IMG/VR virus record: IMGVR_UViG_3300049930_000025
Location: 1 to 36,598 of that record
DNA length: 36,598 bases
Direction: 5' to 3' (one strand)
Source: a virus
Taxonomy: Duplodnaviria; Caudoviricetes
A program made the position numbers and the translations under genes. The notes under the pieces were generated by a model. The model was given only the letters and a program-made list of their open reading frames with translations, was not told the DNA's origin and made no database searches. Below are positions 26,207-35,226 of this stretch, in pieces. How positions within the stretch are numbered: the first letter of the stretch is position 1; every line of letters begins with the position of its first letter.

Positions 26207-26395
26207 ATGAAGTCAGGCGATCCCGGATGGCGCTTGCCGGTGGTCCCGGGCTCTGATGCGGAGCGCCTCGAAGAGCAGGGGACCGACCCGCGCCTGCTGC
26301 CCAACCACTGCTCGCGATGCGGTGACGTGGAGTGGGACAACTGCGACGACGTACCTTGCCCGCCGAGGATCCGCGCCGCGATCTTGTACGACTAG
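26207..26395 (+). CDS. 62-aa Cys-rich (CxxC...C...C) protein, antisense moron
   Basis: Identical TACGCT-GAGCCG-ATGAA head; start reassigned to MKSGD. Confidence 0.7.
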   Translation: MKSGDPGWRLPVVPGSDAERLEEQGTDPRLLPNHCSRCGDVEWDNCDDVPCPPRIRAAILYD

Positions 26396-26640
26396 GCGGG
26401 GGTGAAGCCGTGGGCGCTGAAGTGCTCACGCACCGCATCCAACGCCCCGTACATCTGCCCGACCCGCACATCCTCATCAAGGCTGTAGGCCATAGCCGCT
26501 GACGATGGGCGGAGCCGTGTGGCGAGCCACGCGCAGCACGGCTCGCCGTCGATGCTTCCGGCGGCGAAGACCACAAACCAGCCTTGCGCGACGAGGGTCC
26601 GAACCTGCTCGTAGGGGATCGTGCCCGTGTCGTGGGTCAC
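26392..26640 (-). CDS. Hypothetical protein
   Basis: GTGA coupling with the MuF-like gene. Confidence 0.6.
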   Translation of the reverse strand: MTHDTGTIPYEQVRTLVAQGWFVVFAAGSIDGEPCCAWLATRLRPSSAAMAYSLDEDVRVGQMYGALDAVREHFSAHGFTPA

Positions 26641-27674
26641 GCGAGCGCTTCAGCGAGGCTCGCGACCCGCACACCTGGCCCCCAGCGGTTGCTGCGGGTG
26701 GGCTTGACGAGGTCCTGCAAGGTGATGTCACCGTTGTTGTAGGCGTCGAGCTTGGAGCGGCCGAGCACTGCGAGCTTGTCGACCTCCGAAAGGGTGGCGA
26801 ACACGCCCGGACCCGTCGTCGTGACCAGAGGGGTAGAGGACACGCCAGAGAAGCCGAGCTCGGCCCACGTCTTCATGCGCGGGATCCTCCCGCACCGACA
26901 GCAAGGATGGGACTCCATCTGAGCATCCGCCGCATGCTCAGATCCATCGAGCGCCCAGCAGACCGCGCAGGTGCGGGCGTCACGCGCACAGCGCCACGTC
27001 CAGCCTGCCACGGCACCGGTCTGCTGCCACGTCGCGGTCACACCTGCGCGGTGCGCTCCGACGATCTCTGTGCGGGCGATCGTGAGTGCCCGGTTCGGGG
27101 TGACGTTGGCGACCTTCGCGACCTCAAGGGCCACGACACGGGGGTTGCGGCCTGCTGCGACACCGAAGGCCAGCGAGTCGCGGACCTTCTCCGGTGCCGC
27201 CGGCGCCACCTCAGCGAAGAGGGCGGTCAATGGCGTGCCGTCCGACGCGCGGCCGATCAGGTGGTCAAGGGCGGGGGCGTTGAGCCGGTTCCAGCCACTC
27301 GCCACCCGCGCCACGGTGTGCTCGGGTCCGTTCAGCGCGCGCTCAGCCAACCTGCGGCCATCCTCAACAGCTTGGGCGACCGCGTCGGCCTGGCCGCTGA
27401 TCGTGACCTCTGCCGCCGCCTGAAGGAAGTCGTGGGTGTGGGCGGCGAGGTCGGCCATCAACGCCCGGTAGCGGGCCTGAGCGAACAGCCAGCCGGGCCG
27501 GACCTCGATGCCCTGTGCGGTGGCGGCCTCGATCTCGTCGGCCAGCGCGTTCAGGTCGTGCTCGAAGCGGCGCTGGACCGTCTCGTAGAGGGCGAGGATG
27601 TGCTGGACGCGAGCTTGCTCCTGCTGGCGTTGGGCGGCGCGCTGACGGGCCAGCTCCTGCTCAACGGGGGTCAC
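26637..27674 (-). CDS. Head morphogenesis protein (MuF/SPP1 gp7-like)
   Basis: RALTIARTE, DARTCAVCWALDG and HPCCRC motifs. Confidence 0.9.
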   Translation of the reverse strand: MTPVEQELARQRAAQRQQEQARVQHILALYETVQRRFEHDLNALADEIEAATAQGIEVRPGWLFAQARYRALMADLAAHTHDFLQAAAEVTISGQADAVAQAVEDGRRLAERALNGPEHTVARVASGWNRLNAPALDHLIGRASDGTPLTALFAEVAPAAPEKVRDSLAFGVAAGRNPRVVALEVAKVANVTPNRALTIARTEIVGAHRAGVTATWQQTGAVAGWTWRCARDARTCAVCWALDGSEHAADAQMESHPCCRCGRIPRMKTWAELGFSGVSSTPLVTTTGPGVFATLSEVDKLAVLGRSKLDAYNNGDITLQDLVKPTRSNRWGPGVRVASLAEALA

Positions 27675-29152
27675 TCGTCGGCCCCGGGCTCTGGCGGCTT
27701 GTCCTTGCCGCCGTACAGTTCCCCGCCGAGGTTGCCACGGTCAAACGCAGCCGCCTGCGCCTCCATGCCTGCCTTGCGCTCCTCAGCGATCCGGTCCTGC
27801 TCGACATCCCAGTCATAGCCGCGGTTCTCGGCGATCGTCTGTTTGGACACGATCCCCATCCGCAGCTCGGCCTCATCACCGAGGGCGTCGGCCTGCTGGT
27901 CGTGGGGGAGAAGGTCAGGCCAGGCCAGTGCGGTGTGGAAGCCGGGGTAGCCGAGCAGGTCCAGGAGCGCGTTGGCGGTGTCGGTCAGCAACGGCCCGTA
28001 GGTGAGCTGCTTGGTTTGGGTGCGCTCGATCAGCGGCTCGTACTCGACCTGCAACGCCACCCCAGCCGTCGGGCCGGAGTTGGCGGTCTCGCCGATCGCC
28101 ACCTTGGGGATGTGCGCGCCCTCGAACAGGGCGGTCTTGATCTCCTTGTACATCGCCAACAGGGAGGTGAGCTCTGCGATGACGAGCTGACCGAGCTTGG
28201 CCTTGTCGTTCGGGATGGCGAGAAGCTGGCCGATGGAGACGTCGAGCTCTACGAGGCTGCGGGCGTCCTCGCCGATGATCACCGGCACCGGATGACCATG
28301 CAGCCGGCAGATGCGGCGCATGTCGCCTGCGAGCGACTGAAGCTGTTCGATCATGTCCAGCACCGCCGGCTCCAGGTCAGCGGCGCCGTAGAACGTGTTC
28401 GGCGACGGCAGGTTCTGCGCACCGAAAACAGGGGGGAACTCGTGGGCCCAAGGGGTCTCATCGAGCACCGTCCACTGCCCGCCCGAGGTGTCGTCGAGCT
28501 GCTCGTCGAAGATCGTCCACGACGACGGGGATTGCACGGGATCAGCGCGGGTGGGGACGATCCGCTTACGCCGGACGACACCGTCCCCGGTCTCGCGGTC
28601 GATCGTGGTCCATTCGATGAGGTACTCGACGACGATGGTGACGTCGTCCTCATTCCATACCGCGGTGACGTTGCACGAGTCCAAGACCGTGATGCGGCTG
28701 CGGCCGGTCCGGTCGGGCTCGTAGAGCCGCAGCCATGCATGGCCGGATACGCCGCCGTTGACGGCGAGGTTGTGGTGGTCCAAGTGCAGACCGGACCATG
28801 CTGCGTCGAGGGCGGCCTGCGCGGCCTGAAGCTTCTCGTCCAGCGCGTCAGCGGGCTTGGGCTCGTCACCCTCCGCGCCCTCTTCGGACTCATCGTCCTT
28901 GGGGTCGTCGCGGGGCAGTACCTGCAACGTGACGCCGCCCTTGCCGGCCAGGAACGACACGCCCTTGTCGACGATCAGGCGGGCGTAGTCCAACCGGATG
29001 TTGTCGGGGTTCTTGACGCCGTTCTCGTCCGGGAAGGGGAGCGGGCAGCCGTTCTCGTAGGCATCCCACGCACGCTGGTAGCGGGTGAGGCGGTCCTGCT
29101 CGTCTTGCTCGGCAAGGATGGCGATGTGCTGGCGCAGCGGGGTCATCGCCAT
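27671..29152 (-). CDS. Portal protein (SPP1 gp6-like)
   Basis: DYARLIVDKGVSFLAG and AGVALQVEYEPL; follows TerL. Confidence 0.9.
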   Translation of the reverse strand: MAMTPLRQHIAILAEQDEQDRLTRYQRAWDAYENGCPLPFPDENGVKNPDNIRLDYARLIVDKGVSFLAGKGGVTLQVLPRDDPKDDESEEGAEGDEPKPADALDEKLQAAQAALDAAWSGLHLDHHNLAVNGGVSGHAWLRLYEPDRTGRSRITVLDSCNVTAVWNEDDVTIVVEYLIEWTTIDRETGDGVVRRKRIVPTRADPVQSPSSWTIFDEQLDDTSGGQWTVLDETPWAHEFPPVFGAQNLPSPNTFYGAADLEPAVLDMIEQLQSLAGDMRRICRLHGHPVPVIIGEDARSLVELDVSIGQLLAIPNDKAKLGQLVIAELTSLLAMYKEIKTALFEGAHIPKVAIGETANSGPTAGVALQVEYEPLIERTQTKQLTYGPLLTDTANALLDLLGYPGFHTALAWPDLLPHDQQADALGDEAELRMGIVSKQTIAENRGYDWDVEQDRIAEERKAGMEAQAAAFDRGNLGGELYGGKDKPPEPGADE

Positions 29153-30765
29153 GGATGGGACTCCTTGCTACTCGCGGGGCCGGGGGCGTCGTTGGCCCAG
29201 TTGATGAGCTGTGACATGGCGTCGACCTGGTCGTCGTGCGTGCCGTTCGGGAAGACGGCGTGCTCGGCGATGAAGTCCTCGACCGACGTGGACGTGTAGG
29301 CCGACGGGCACGGGATGAAGTCGCTGTCGGGCAGCCACACGTTCCCGGCCTCCACCGTCGGAGAGACAGCAGCGGCGCGGACGTCCTTGCCGCCTTCGGG
29401 CTCGATCGGGATCAGCGCTGTGATCTCGCGCTTCAGCGTGTCGATGACCGCTGCGCCGTTGGCCTTCTTCTCCACCAGCCGGGCGCTGACGCGTCCGGCG
29501 TTGAGGGAGCCGGGCCGCCACACGGCCATGGCCCTGACAGCTGCAAGCGTCTCGGTGAACGACAGCCGCGCCCGAACCTGACCCAGCAGGTAGAAGTCCG
29601 CGCCGACCACACCCCAGCGTTGGCCTACGACGTAGCTGGAGGAGGCTTCCTGGCTGTCGCCGAACCGCATGTCCCACGAGTCGACGATCCGTTCCCAGCC
29701 CGTGGGCAGAGTCGCGGGCTCCCAGTACTTCCACCACGCCTTCTTGAACATGCCGCCCTCCGCGGGTGCGGGGCGTTGCAGCATCTGGCCGGCGAACCCG
29801 TAGGAGCCGAGGCCACGGCGGAGCTCGGCGAGGCGCTCAGTCGACAGGCGCACCGGCTCCAGCAGCTCGCCTTCCTCGGTGCGAGGGTCACCGGCGAGGA
29901 TCCGGCCGCCGGGCGTGGTGACCGTCTCGACCTTGCCTTCCTCGGTCTGCAAGTTGTAGGTGACTGGGGACAGTCGGACCTTGGAGGGGTAGACGAACTG
30001 GTGGGTTGGCTCGTACTCAGCCGGCAGGCACAGGTGATGCCAGCCGCCCTGTTCGATCAGATGCCCGGTGAGGTCGTCCTGGTGTAGGCGCTGCATGACG
30101 ATGACTGCTGCCGCCCGGGCGTTATTGAACCGGGTCGTCATCGTCTCGTCCCACCACCGGTTGGCGAACTCACGATCAGCGTCGGAGCGGGCCTGAGCGG
30201 CGTTCAACGGGTCGTCGACAACGACGCGGTCGCCACCCTCGCCGGTGGCGCGACCCCGGACACCGGTCGCCAGCCGCATACCCGTGGCGGTGTTCTCGAA
30301 CTTGCTCTTGGCGTCCTGGTCTTTGGTCAGCGACCACGGCTCATCTGAGAGGAGCCTGAGCACACCCTGGTAGCCGACCCGCTGCAGCAGCGTCCCGTCC
30401 GTGCGTCCGCCTTCGCTCTTGATCACCCGCCGGGTTTTCAAGCTGTCGCGATGGGCGAAGTCTTCGGCGTAGGAGGCGTATAGCCACCGCGTATGCGGTC
30501 TGCTCAGCCACTCCCACGCGGGCCACATCACCGCCGTCATCAACGACTTCGCCGTACGCGGCGGAACGTTGATGATCAACCGCAACAGGTCTCCGTCGCT
30601 GACGGCTTGCAGGTGCTCGCAGACGACGTCGAGATGCCAGCCGGTGATCAGCGGGCTAACGGGCTCGACGATTGGCCATGCCTCGCTGACGAAGCGTCGC
30701 AGCGAGCGGCGGCACTGCTCGGCTATGACCTCGTCGCGCGACGGAAGCCGCGCCGGCGCGACCAC
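29143..30765 (-). CDS. terL: Terminase large subunit
   Basis: Walker A NVPPRTAKS, Walker B VVVDDP, nuclease HDDQVDA. Confidence 0.95.
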   Translation of the reverse strand: MVAPARLPSRDEVIAEQCRRSLRRFVSEAWPIVEPVSPLITGWHLDVVCEHLQAVSDGDLLRLIINVPPRTAKSLMTAVMWPAWEWLSRPHTRWLYASYAEDFAHRDSLKTRRVIKSEGGRTDGTLLQRVGYQGVLRLLSDEPWSLTKDQDAKSKFENTATGMRLATGVRGRATGEGGDRVVVDDPLNAAQARSDADREFANRWWDETMTTRFNNARAAAVIVMQRLHQDDLTGHLIEQGGWHHLCLPAEYEPTHQFVYPSKVRLSPVTYNLQTEEGKVETVTTPGGRILAGDPRTEEGELLEPVRLSTERLAELRRGLGSYGFAGQMLQRPAPAEGGMFKKAWWKYWEPATLPTGWERIVDSWDMRFGDSQEASSSYVVGQRWGVVGADFYLLGQVRARLSFTETLAAVRAMAVWRPGSLNAGRVSARLVEKKANGAAVIDTLKREITALIPIEPEGGKDVRAAAVSPTVEAGNVWLPDSDFIPCPSAYTSTSVEDFIAEHAVFPNGTHDDQVDAMSQLINWANDAPGPASSKESHPWR

Positions 30766-30768
30766 AGA

Positions 30769-31326
30769 TCAGCCGGCTTCGAGCTTGGCGGCGAGGCGCT
30801 CCAGGTCGTCAAGCTCAGCCTTCGACAGTTTCGACAGATCAACCTGCACCCGCTGTGTCACCGCCCCGCCATGCTCGACCTTCACGTTCTCCCGATACCG
30901 CTCCGGGCGACGCGCCTTGAGCAAGAACTGCAACAGGCTGTCGGAGTACTTGGTGACGTTGGTGACGTGCTTGCCCGCCGAAACCAACGGCTCCTCGACG
31001 CCTTCGACCGCACGCCGGTACGCCTCGCGCTCCATCGTCTCAACGACGCGCTCCTCCGCATCGGCCCACGCCACCGCAAACTCCTCATTGCGCTGACGCT
31101 CCGCATACGCCGTCTGCCGAGAGATCCCGACAACCTCACACGCCCGGCTCACCATCCCCTCAGACTCAAAGGCCACAAGGAACCCGTCACGGCTCCAGCA
31201 CTCATCACGCGGGCGCGAACCGTCAGATCCGTCAGCCGGATGCCGTGCGCAACGTTCGGTGCCCTTCAGCGGGCTGGTCTTGCAGGGTTCACCCTTCTTC
31301 GTGGTGCCCTTGCACTGGCGCTTCAC
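30769..31326 (-). CDS. terS: Terminase small subunit
   Basis: Cys-rich head, HTH (ACEVVGISRQTAY), EAYRRAVEG and YSDSLLQFLLK motifs. Confidence 0.85.
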   Translation of the reverse strand: MKRQCKGTTKKGEPCKTSPLKGTERCARHPADGSDGSRPRDECWSRDGFLVAFESEGMVSRACEVVGISRQTAYAERQRNEEFAVAWADAEERVVETMEREAYRRAVEGVEEPLVSAGKHVTNVTKYSDSLLQFLLKARRPERYRENVKVEHGGAVTQRVQVDLSKLSKAELDDLERLAAKLEAG

Positions 31327-31559
31327 GACGTGGTCCCGGGCCGTGTCTCGATCTCTCCGACCTTCGCGACGACCGGGAACGCGACGGTCAGGCTCGGGTA
31401 CCGGCTGTCATTCAAGTCGCAGTTGAGGCTGTAGCCGCTGGCCTGGAGCTCGGCGACGACCTGGCCGTCTACGACGACTTCGCAGCCAGTGACTGCGGCG
31501 ACCTGGCCAGAGCAGTCGTGGATGAGTCTGAGGGTGCCCGTGGGCGTCGCGTCGCTCAC
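31323..31559 (-). CDS. Hypothetical protein
   Basis: GTGA coupling on both sides. Confidence 0.65.
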   Translation of the reverse strand: MSDATPTGTLRLIHDCSGQVAAVTGCEVVVDGQVVAELQASGYSLNCDLNDSRYPSLTVAFPVVAKVGEIETRPGTTS

Positions 31560-31753
31560 GGTGCGGTGCCGGGCTTCTGGAGTAGCTGGCAGGCGGCGAG
31601 GTAGAGGGCGTCGCTGTTGCTGAAGCCTTCGGCGGTGAAGGCTTCGTGGTAGCCCTTGGCGGTGCGGGCGATCTCGGGTGCGATGGCGATGGCCTGATCG
31701 AGACCTGCGCGCAGTGCGTGGAGGTGATCGACGGGGTCGTCTTGCGGGTCCAT
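31556..31753 (-). CDS. Small helical protein, first late gene
   Basis: Start MDPQDD with SD GGGGAG; EGFSNSDAL motif. Confidence 0.7.
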   Translation of the reverse strand: MDPQDDPVDHLHALRAGLDQAIAIAPEIARTAKGYHEAFTAEGFSNSDALYLAACQLLQKPGTAP

Positions 31754-31814
31754 GTAGTGCTCCCCTCTTGGGGTGGGTTCAAGGGCCGCCTTGGGTCCTT
31801 GCGGAAGTTGGTGC

Positions 31815-32157
31815 GGGGCGCCGCCCATGCCCTGACCGGTAGGCCGGGGTGTCGGGCCGTGGCGCCCCGCCGTGAAAGAGGACGCCCGTCCAAGAGCCAG
31901 GCGCCCGCAACGCCGTCAGCGATCAGGGGCGAGAGACACCCCGGTTGCATCACGGCGAAGGAGTGCCGGGCATCTGTTGCGATGCCCGGCTTCGTCGACC
32001 GTGATCCGGCAGCCAGTCAGCTCCGCAAGGGAGCACGGCCCCGGTTAGGACGTCACGACGAAGGGAGAAGCGAGTGGCCGATCGAGGGCGTGCGAGATCT
32101 TCAGCACGCTGTGGGCGCGCGCCCCTTCAACTTGGGGCGGGATTCCCGATCGGCTTG
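31815..32157 (-). promoter_or_regulatory. Highly structured late-operon leader or ncRNA
   Basis: Five consecutive stem domains with no credible ORF. Confidence 0.55.
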
Positions 32158-32163
32158 CGCAGC

Positions 32164-32191
32164 AGAATACACGCGCGCCGGGCGGCGTCAA
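32164..32191 (-). promoter_or_regulatory. Sigma70-type promoter TTGACG-N16-TATTCT
   Basis: Near-consensus boxes abutting the stop of 32192..33031 and pointing into the late operon. Confidence 0.7.
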
Positions 32192-33031
32192 CTATGCGGC
32201 GTGCGCGGTGCGCTGCTGGATCTTGCGCATGAACGAGTTCTCGGCCTGATCAAGCATCCGCATCTCACTGCGGACGTTGATGCCACGGCTGGTCGCGACG
32301 CGCTGGAGCTCCCAGCGCTGGGAGCGCATGCCCTGAAGGATCCGGATGTCGGCTTCGTCGACGCCGGCCTTGCGAAGGCGGTCGTACTCGCGGCCCTGCT
32401 CAGCGATCTTGGCCTGAACGGTTTCGTCGACCGCGGCGCCCTCACCGACTACCGCGAGACCCTTCTGGGTCGTGTAGTCGTCTTCGATCGCGATCGGGCT
32501 CGCGGCCAGGAAGCGCTCCGGGGCAGCAGGGTCATGGCGGAACGTGATCTGCCAGCACAGCTTGAACTGGTGTCGGCTCTCGAAGCGAGCCAGCGTGGCA
32601 GCGTCGTCGGGCCGCGTGCCGAGACGGGTCGTCTGGGTGTTGACCCACGCCTTGTCGTAGGTCCGGACCCACCAGACCCTGTAGTCGTCGGTCGTGCGAT
32701 GGCCCTCAGCACGAGCGGCCTTCAGGGTGATGCTCTGTCCGAGCAGGACGCGCTGGTAGCCGGTGACGATGATCACGCACTCCGGGACCGCGACGCTCTT
32801 GCCATCGACTGCTCGCACGACGCTGACCGTGATCTGCTGATCGTCGCGTGGCTCGTTGCCGAGCGTCTCGACCTCGGGGCCATGCGGAACCCGTTGGGGA
32901 CGGCCGGCGATCTCGGCACGCGGGCCCACCTGGCGGGTCCGGCGGGTCACAGACGGCTCGACGACCGGGACCCGGTGCTCGGTCTTCTTACCTGCCCGGA
33001 TCAGCCGAACGTGCTCAGCAGAGAGGATCAC
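32192..33031 (-). CDS. ASCH/PUA-like domain protein with helical C-terminal extension
   Basis: IRAGKKTEHR, ITLKAARAEGH and CWQITF motifs; TATCCT 8 nt upstream of GTG. Confidence 0.7.
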   Translation of the reverse strand: MILSAEHVRLIRAGKKTEHRVPVVEPSVTRRTRQVGPRAEIAGRPQRVPHGPEVETLGNEPRDDQQITVSVVRAVDGKSVAVPECVIIVTGYQRVLLGQSITLKAARAEGHRTTDDYRVWWVRTYDKAWVNTQTTRLGTRPDDAATLARFESRHQFKLCWQITFRHDPAAPERFLAASPIAIEDDYTTQKGLAVVGEGAAVDETVQAKIAEQGREYDRLRKAGVDEADIRILQGMRSQRWELQRVATSRGINVRSEMRMLDQAENSFMRKIQQRTAHAA

Positions 33032-33053
33032 GGCCGAGCAGGATACGCCCAGG

Positions 33054-33506
33054 TCAAGATGGCTCAGGCGCGCTCGTCACCATCTGGGCGATGCCGAGCG
33101 ACGGGTCAGAGGCCGCAAGGGCGAGTGTGCCCGGGTCGATCGCCGTGTCGACGCCGAGGGTTCGCCGGCGCGTGAGGACGTGGTTGCAGAGGAGCCTCAG
33201 ATTCTGCATGTAGGACTTGGTCGCGTCCCGCACGAGTGCGGCAGGATCGTCGCTATCGCGGATAGCGCCTTTCCCGACGGCGACCCATCCGCCGGAGTCG
33301 ACGACGGCGTCTAGCGCGGCCATTACATCAGGGGCGCCACTGACGCCGTCGCTGGTCGGTAGTCTGTTTAGCTCAAGGGCGCCGTGCACCGCTGCGTGCT
33401 GTGCCACGAGGAGCGTGATCGTCGCCCGCCCAGCGGAGGTTTCGAGTGCCTCACGCGCAAGTTGGATGTATGGCGGCTCGGGCAGGTCTTGCGGGGGGTC
33501 GCTCAT
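33054..33506 (-). CDS. Hypothetical protein
   Basis: Fills the gap; TAGTGT -10 lies 10 nt upstream. Confidence 0.65.
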   Translation of the reverse strand: MSDPPQDLPEPPYIQLAREALETSAGRATITLLVAQHAAVHGALELNRLPTSDGVSGAPDVMAALDAVVDSGGWVAVGKGAIRDSDDPAALVRDATKSYMQNLRLLCNHVLTRRRTLGVDTAIDPGTLALAASDPSLGIAQMVTSAPEPS

Positions 33507-33539
33507 CGGTTTAGCGACACTAGCGCCCCGGTGTGACGC

Positions 33540-34565
33540 TCAGGTCACGCGATAGGTTTTCACGCAGTTCTTGCTGTGCGTGACCTCAGCGCAGTACTCG
33601 TCGAGGCGACGGATCGTCCAGCCGTAGTTCCAGTCGACGTAGCCGGCCTCGTCTCGGGTAAGCCAGATACTGGCGGTGCCGTAGAAGACGAGGTCGCCGA
33701 CCACCCAGGAGGGACGGCAGCGGATCCGTGTGCGCGAGCGCCGGGAGCAGTCCGAGATCCGCTTGCCGTAAGCGGCGCGATAGCTGCCGCCGAATCGCTG
33801 CGAGAGCGCTTCGCGAAGGTGGCTCTTGGCCTTAGCGACGGTGAGCATCGGGATGCGGCCGACGACCGGCCGAGAGACCTTGACTGTCCGGGGGATACCT
33901 TCGGTTGTCTGGTCGGCCCGGTCGGAGACTAGAGGTGTGACCGTTAGTCGCGTACGCCGCGTGCAGGCCGAGACCGTGTACTCGCCGCCGGAGTCGAGGG
34001 TCACATCCTCGGTGTCCAGGCGCTCGCCGTCGAGTTCGTCAACAGCGAGCGAGAGGGTCGTCTCCGGCTTGTCGTCGTTGTCGGTCCAGGCGACCTTGCC
34101 GGTGAATACAACGCGCGCGCAGCCGGGCGTAGGTTTGGCTCGGCGGGCGGTGAGCGTGTAGCCGCCGATGACCGGAGCCTCGTCGCGCACCACAAGGGTG
34201 CGTGTCGCCTGCCACGGCGTCCAGTCGAGCCCGTCCACGCTGTCGTCGCGGACTCGCACATGCCAGAAGTAGCTTCCGGCGGTGATCGGACCGCCGGACC
34301 ATGGGGCAAGGCCGTCCAGCGGGCGGCGGGTGTAGAGCGTGGCGAAAAGGCTCTGCGCGGTGTCCACGAAGCCGCCGCTGGTCAGGAGGTCTGGCGCGCG
34401 AGCCAGCTCCACTTCGACCGCGCCGTCGAGGATGTCGAATGCGAACGTAGGGCGGGAGCCGACGGTCTCACCGTCTGCGGGCGACAGCACGGTTGCGGCA
34501 GATGCGGGCGAGACGAACGCGAGGGCGCCAATGACACACGTGGTCATGAGGACCGCCTGGCGCAC
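33540..34565 (-). CDS. Secreted Ig-like/beta-rich protein (lysogenic conversion candidate)
   Basis: Signal peptide ending PASA; LSPADG...GSYFWHVR motif; start uncertain (ORF track extends to 34835). Confidence 0.7.
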   Translation of the reverse strand: MRQAVLMTTCVIGALAFVSPASAATVLSPADGETVGSRPTFAFDILDGAVEVELARAPDLLTSGGFVDTAQSLFATLYTRRPLDGLAPWSGGPITAGSYFWHVRVRDDSVDGLDWTPWQATRTLVVRDEAPVIGGYTLTARRAKPTPGCARVVFTGKVAWTDNDDKPETTLSLAVDELDGERLDTEDVTLDSGGEYTVSACTRRTRLTVTPLVSDRADQTTEGIPRTVKVSRPVVGRIPMLTVAKAKSHLREALSQRFGGSYRAAYGKRISDCSRRSRTRIRCRPSWVVGDLVFYGTASIWLTRDEAGYVDWNYGWTIRRLDEYCAEVTHSKNCVKTYRVT

Positions 34566-34968
34566 GGCGCGGGAAGCCGAGACACGGGAGGACGAGGCGC
34601 CGGCGCCCAGCAGCCAGGGGGAGACAGTGGTGTTTGTCGCGACGATCCACCTGTAGTGCTGTCTCATTCTCGAACGGGGCATCAAATCTTTACCTCTAAA
34701 ACCCTTCGTGCTTTGCACCTGACCACCAAACTGTTCGAATTCAGGGCTGAGGTGGACGATGACCTTGGTTGCCCAGGGCCGAGCCCGCCCTAATCGGGTC
34801 TTGGTTCCTGGGCGGCCACTGGACGAATAGGCCAAACCGCCGAATGCCGACGGATGCCCTTAGCAACCGAAGCGCTCCTCATATACGATGCTGTGTTCAT
34901 CGGATGAGGAATTAGGGACCTCGCTCCGAACAGCCACGAATGGTGTTCTGGGATAGGGAGGTCTACGC

Positions 34969-35226
34969 ATGGGTCGAGACGCGCGTGAGGGCGTCGAAGA
35001 GTTGGGCGACGCCGGACGCCGGCCGTCTTTGAGCGTCCTGCGCGGCCAGTCCATGGCGGCCGACGACGCTGCGTGGGCTGCTGTCGCCGCGACCGCAGCT
35101 GCGGCACTTAAGTTGCCCGGCCTTTCCCCGACTTGCGCTCTTCGCCTGGAGCGACTTGAGGCTGCTGCTGCTCGCGCAGCCGGGCAGCCTCTTCCGCGAT
35201 CTCCTCGGGCGTCTCCAGGCGCATAG
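34969..35226 (+). CDS. Possible small protein antisense to the repressor 3' end
   Basis: GGAGGT 6 nt before ATG; TACGAT at 34884; overlaps the repressor by 119 nt. Confidence 0.4.
   Translation: MGRDAREGVEELGDAGRRPSLSVLRGQSMAADDAAWAAVAATAAAALKLPGLSPTCALRLERLEAAAARAAGQPLPRSPRASPGA

Noticed and set aside
25971-26211. CRISPR-like repeat-spacer array
   Set aside because: Only two 17-nt copies 224 nt apart, with ORFs between them and no cas genes.
29880-30420. Intein or intron in TerL
   Set aside because: Only short loop insertions; no C...HN splice motifs, and the length is normal.
16586-31800. Recurrent CTCCTTGG-like motif near gene boundaries
   Set aside because: Mostly the reverse complement of the Shine-Dalgarno CCAAGGAG.
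34660-34950. LexA/SOS box
   Set aside because: CGAAC and GTTCG half-sites occur, but none with the GAAC-N4-GTTC spacing.
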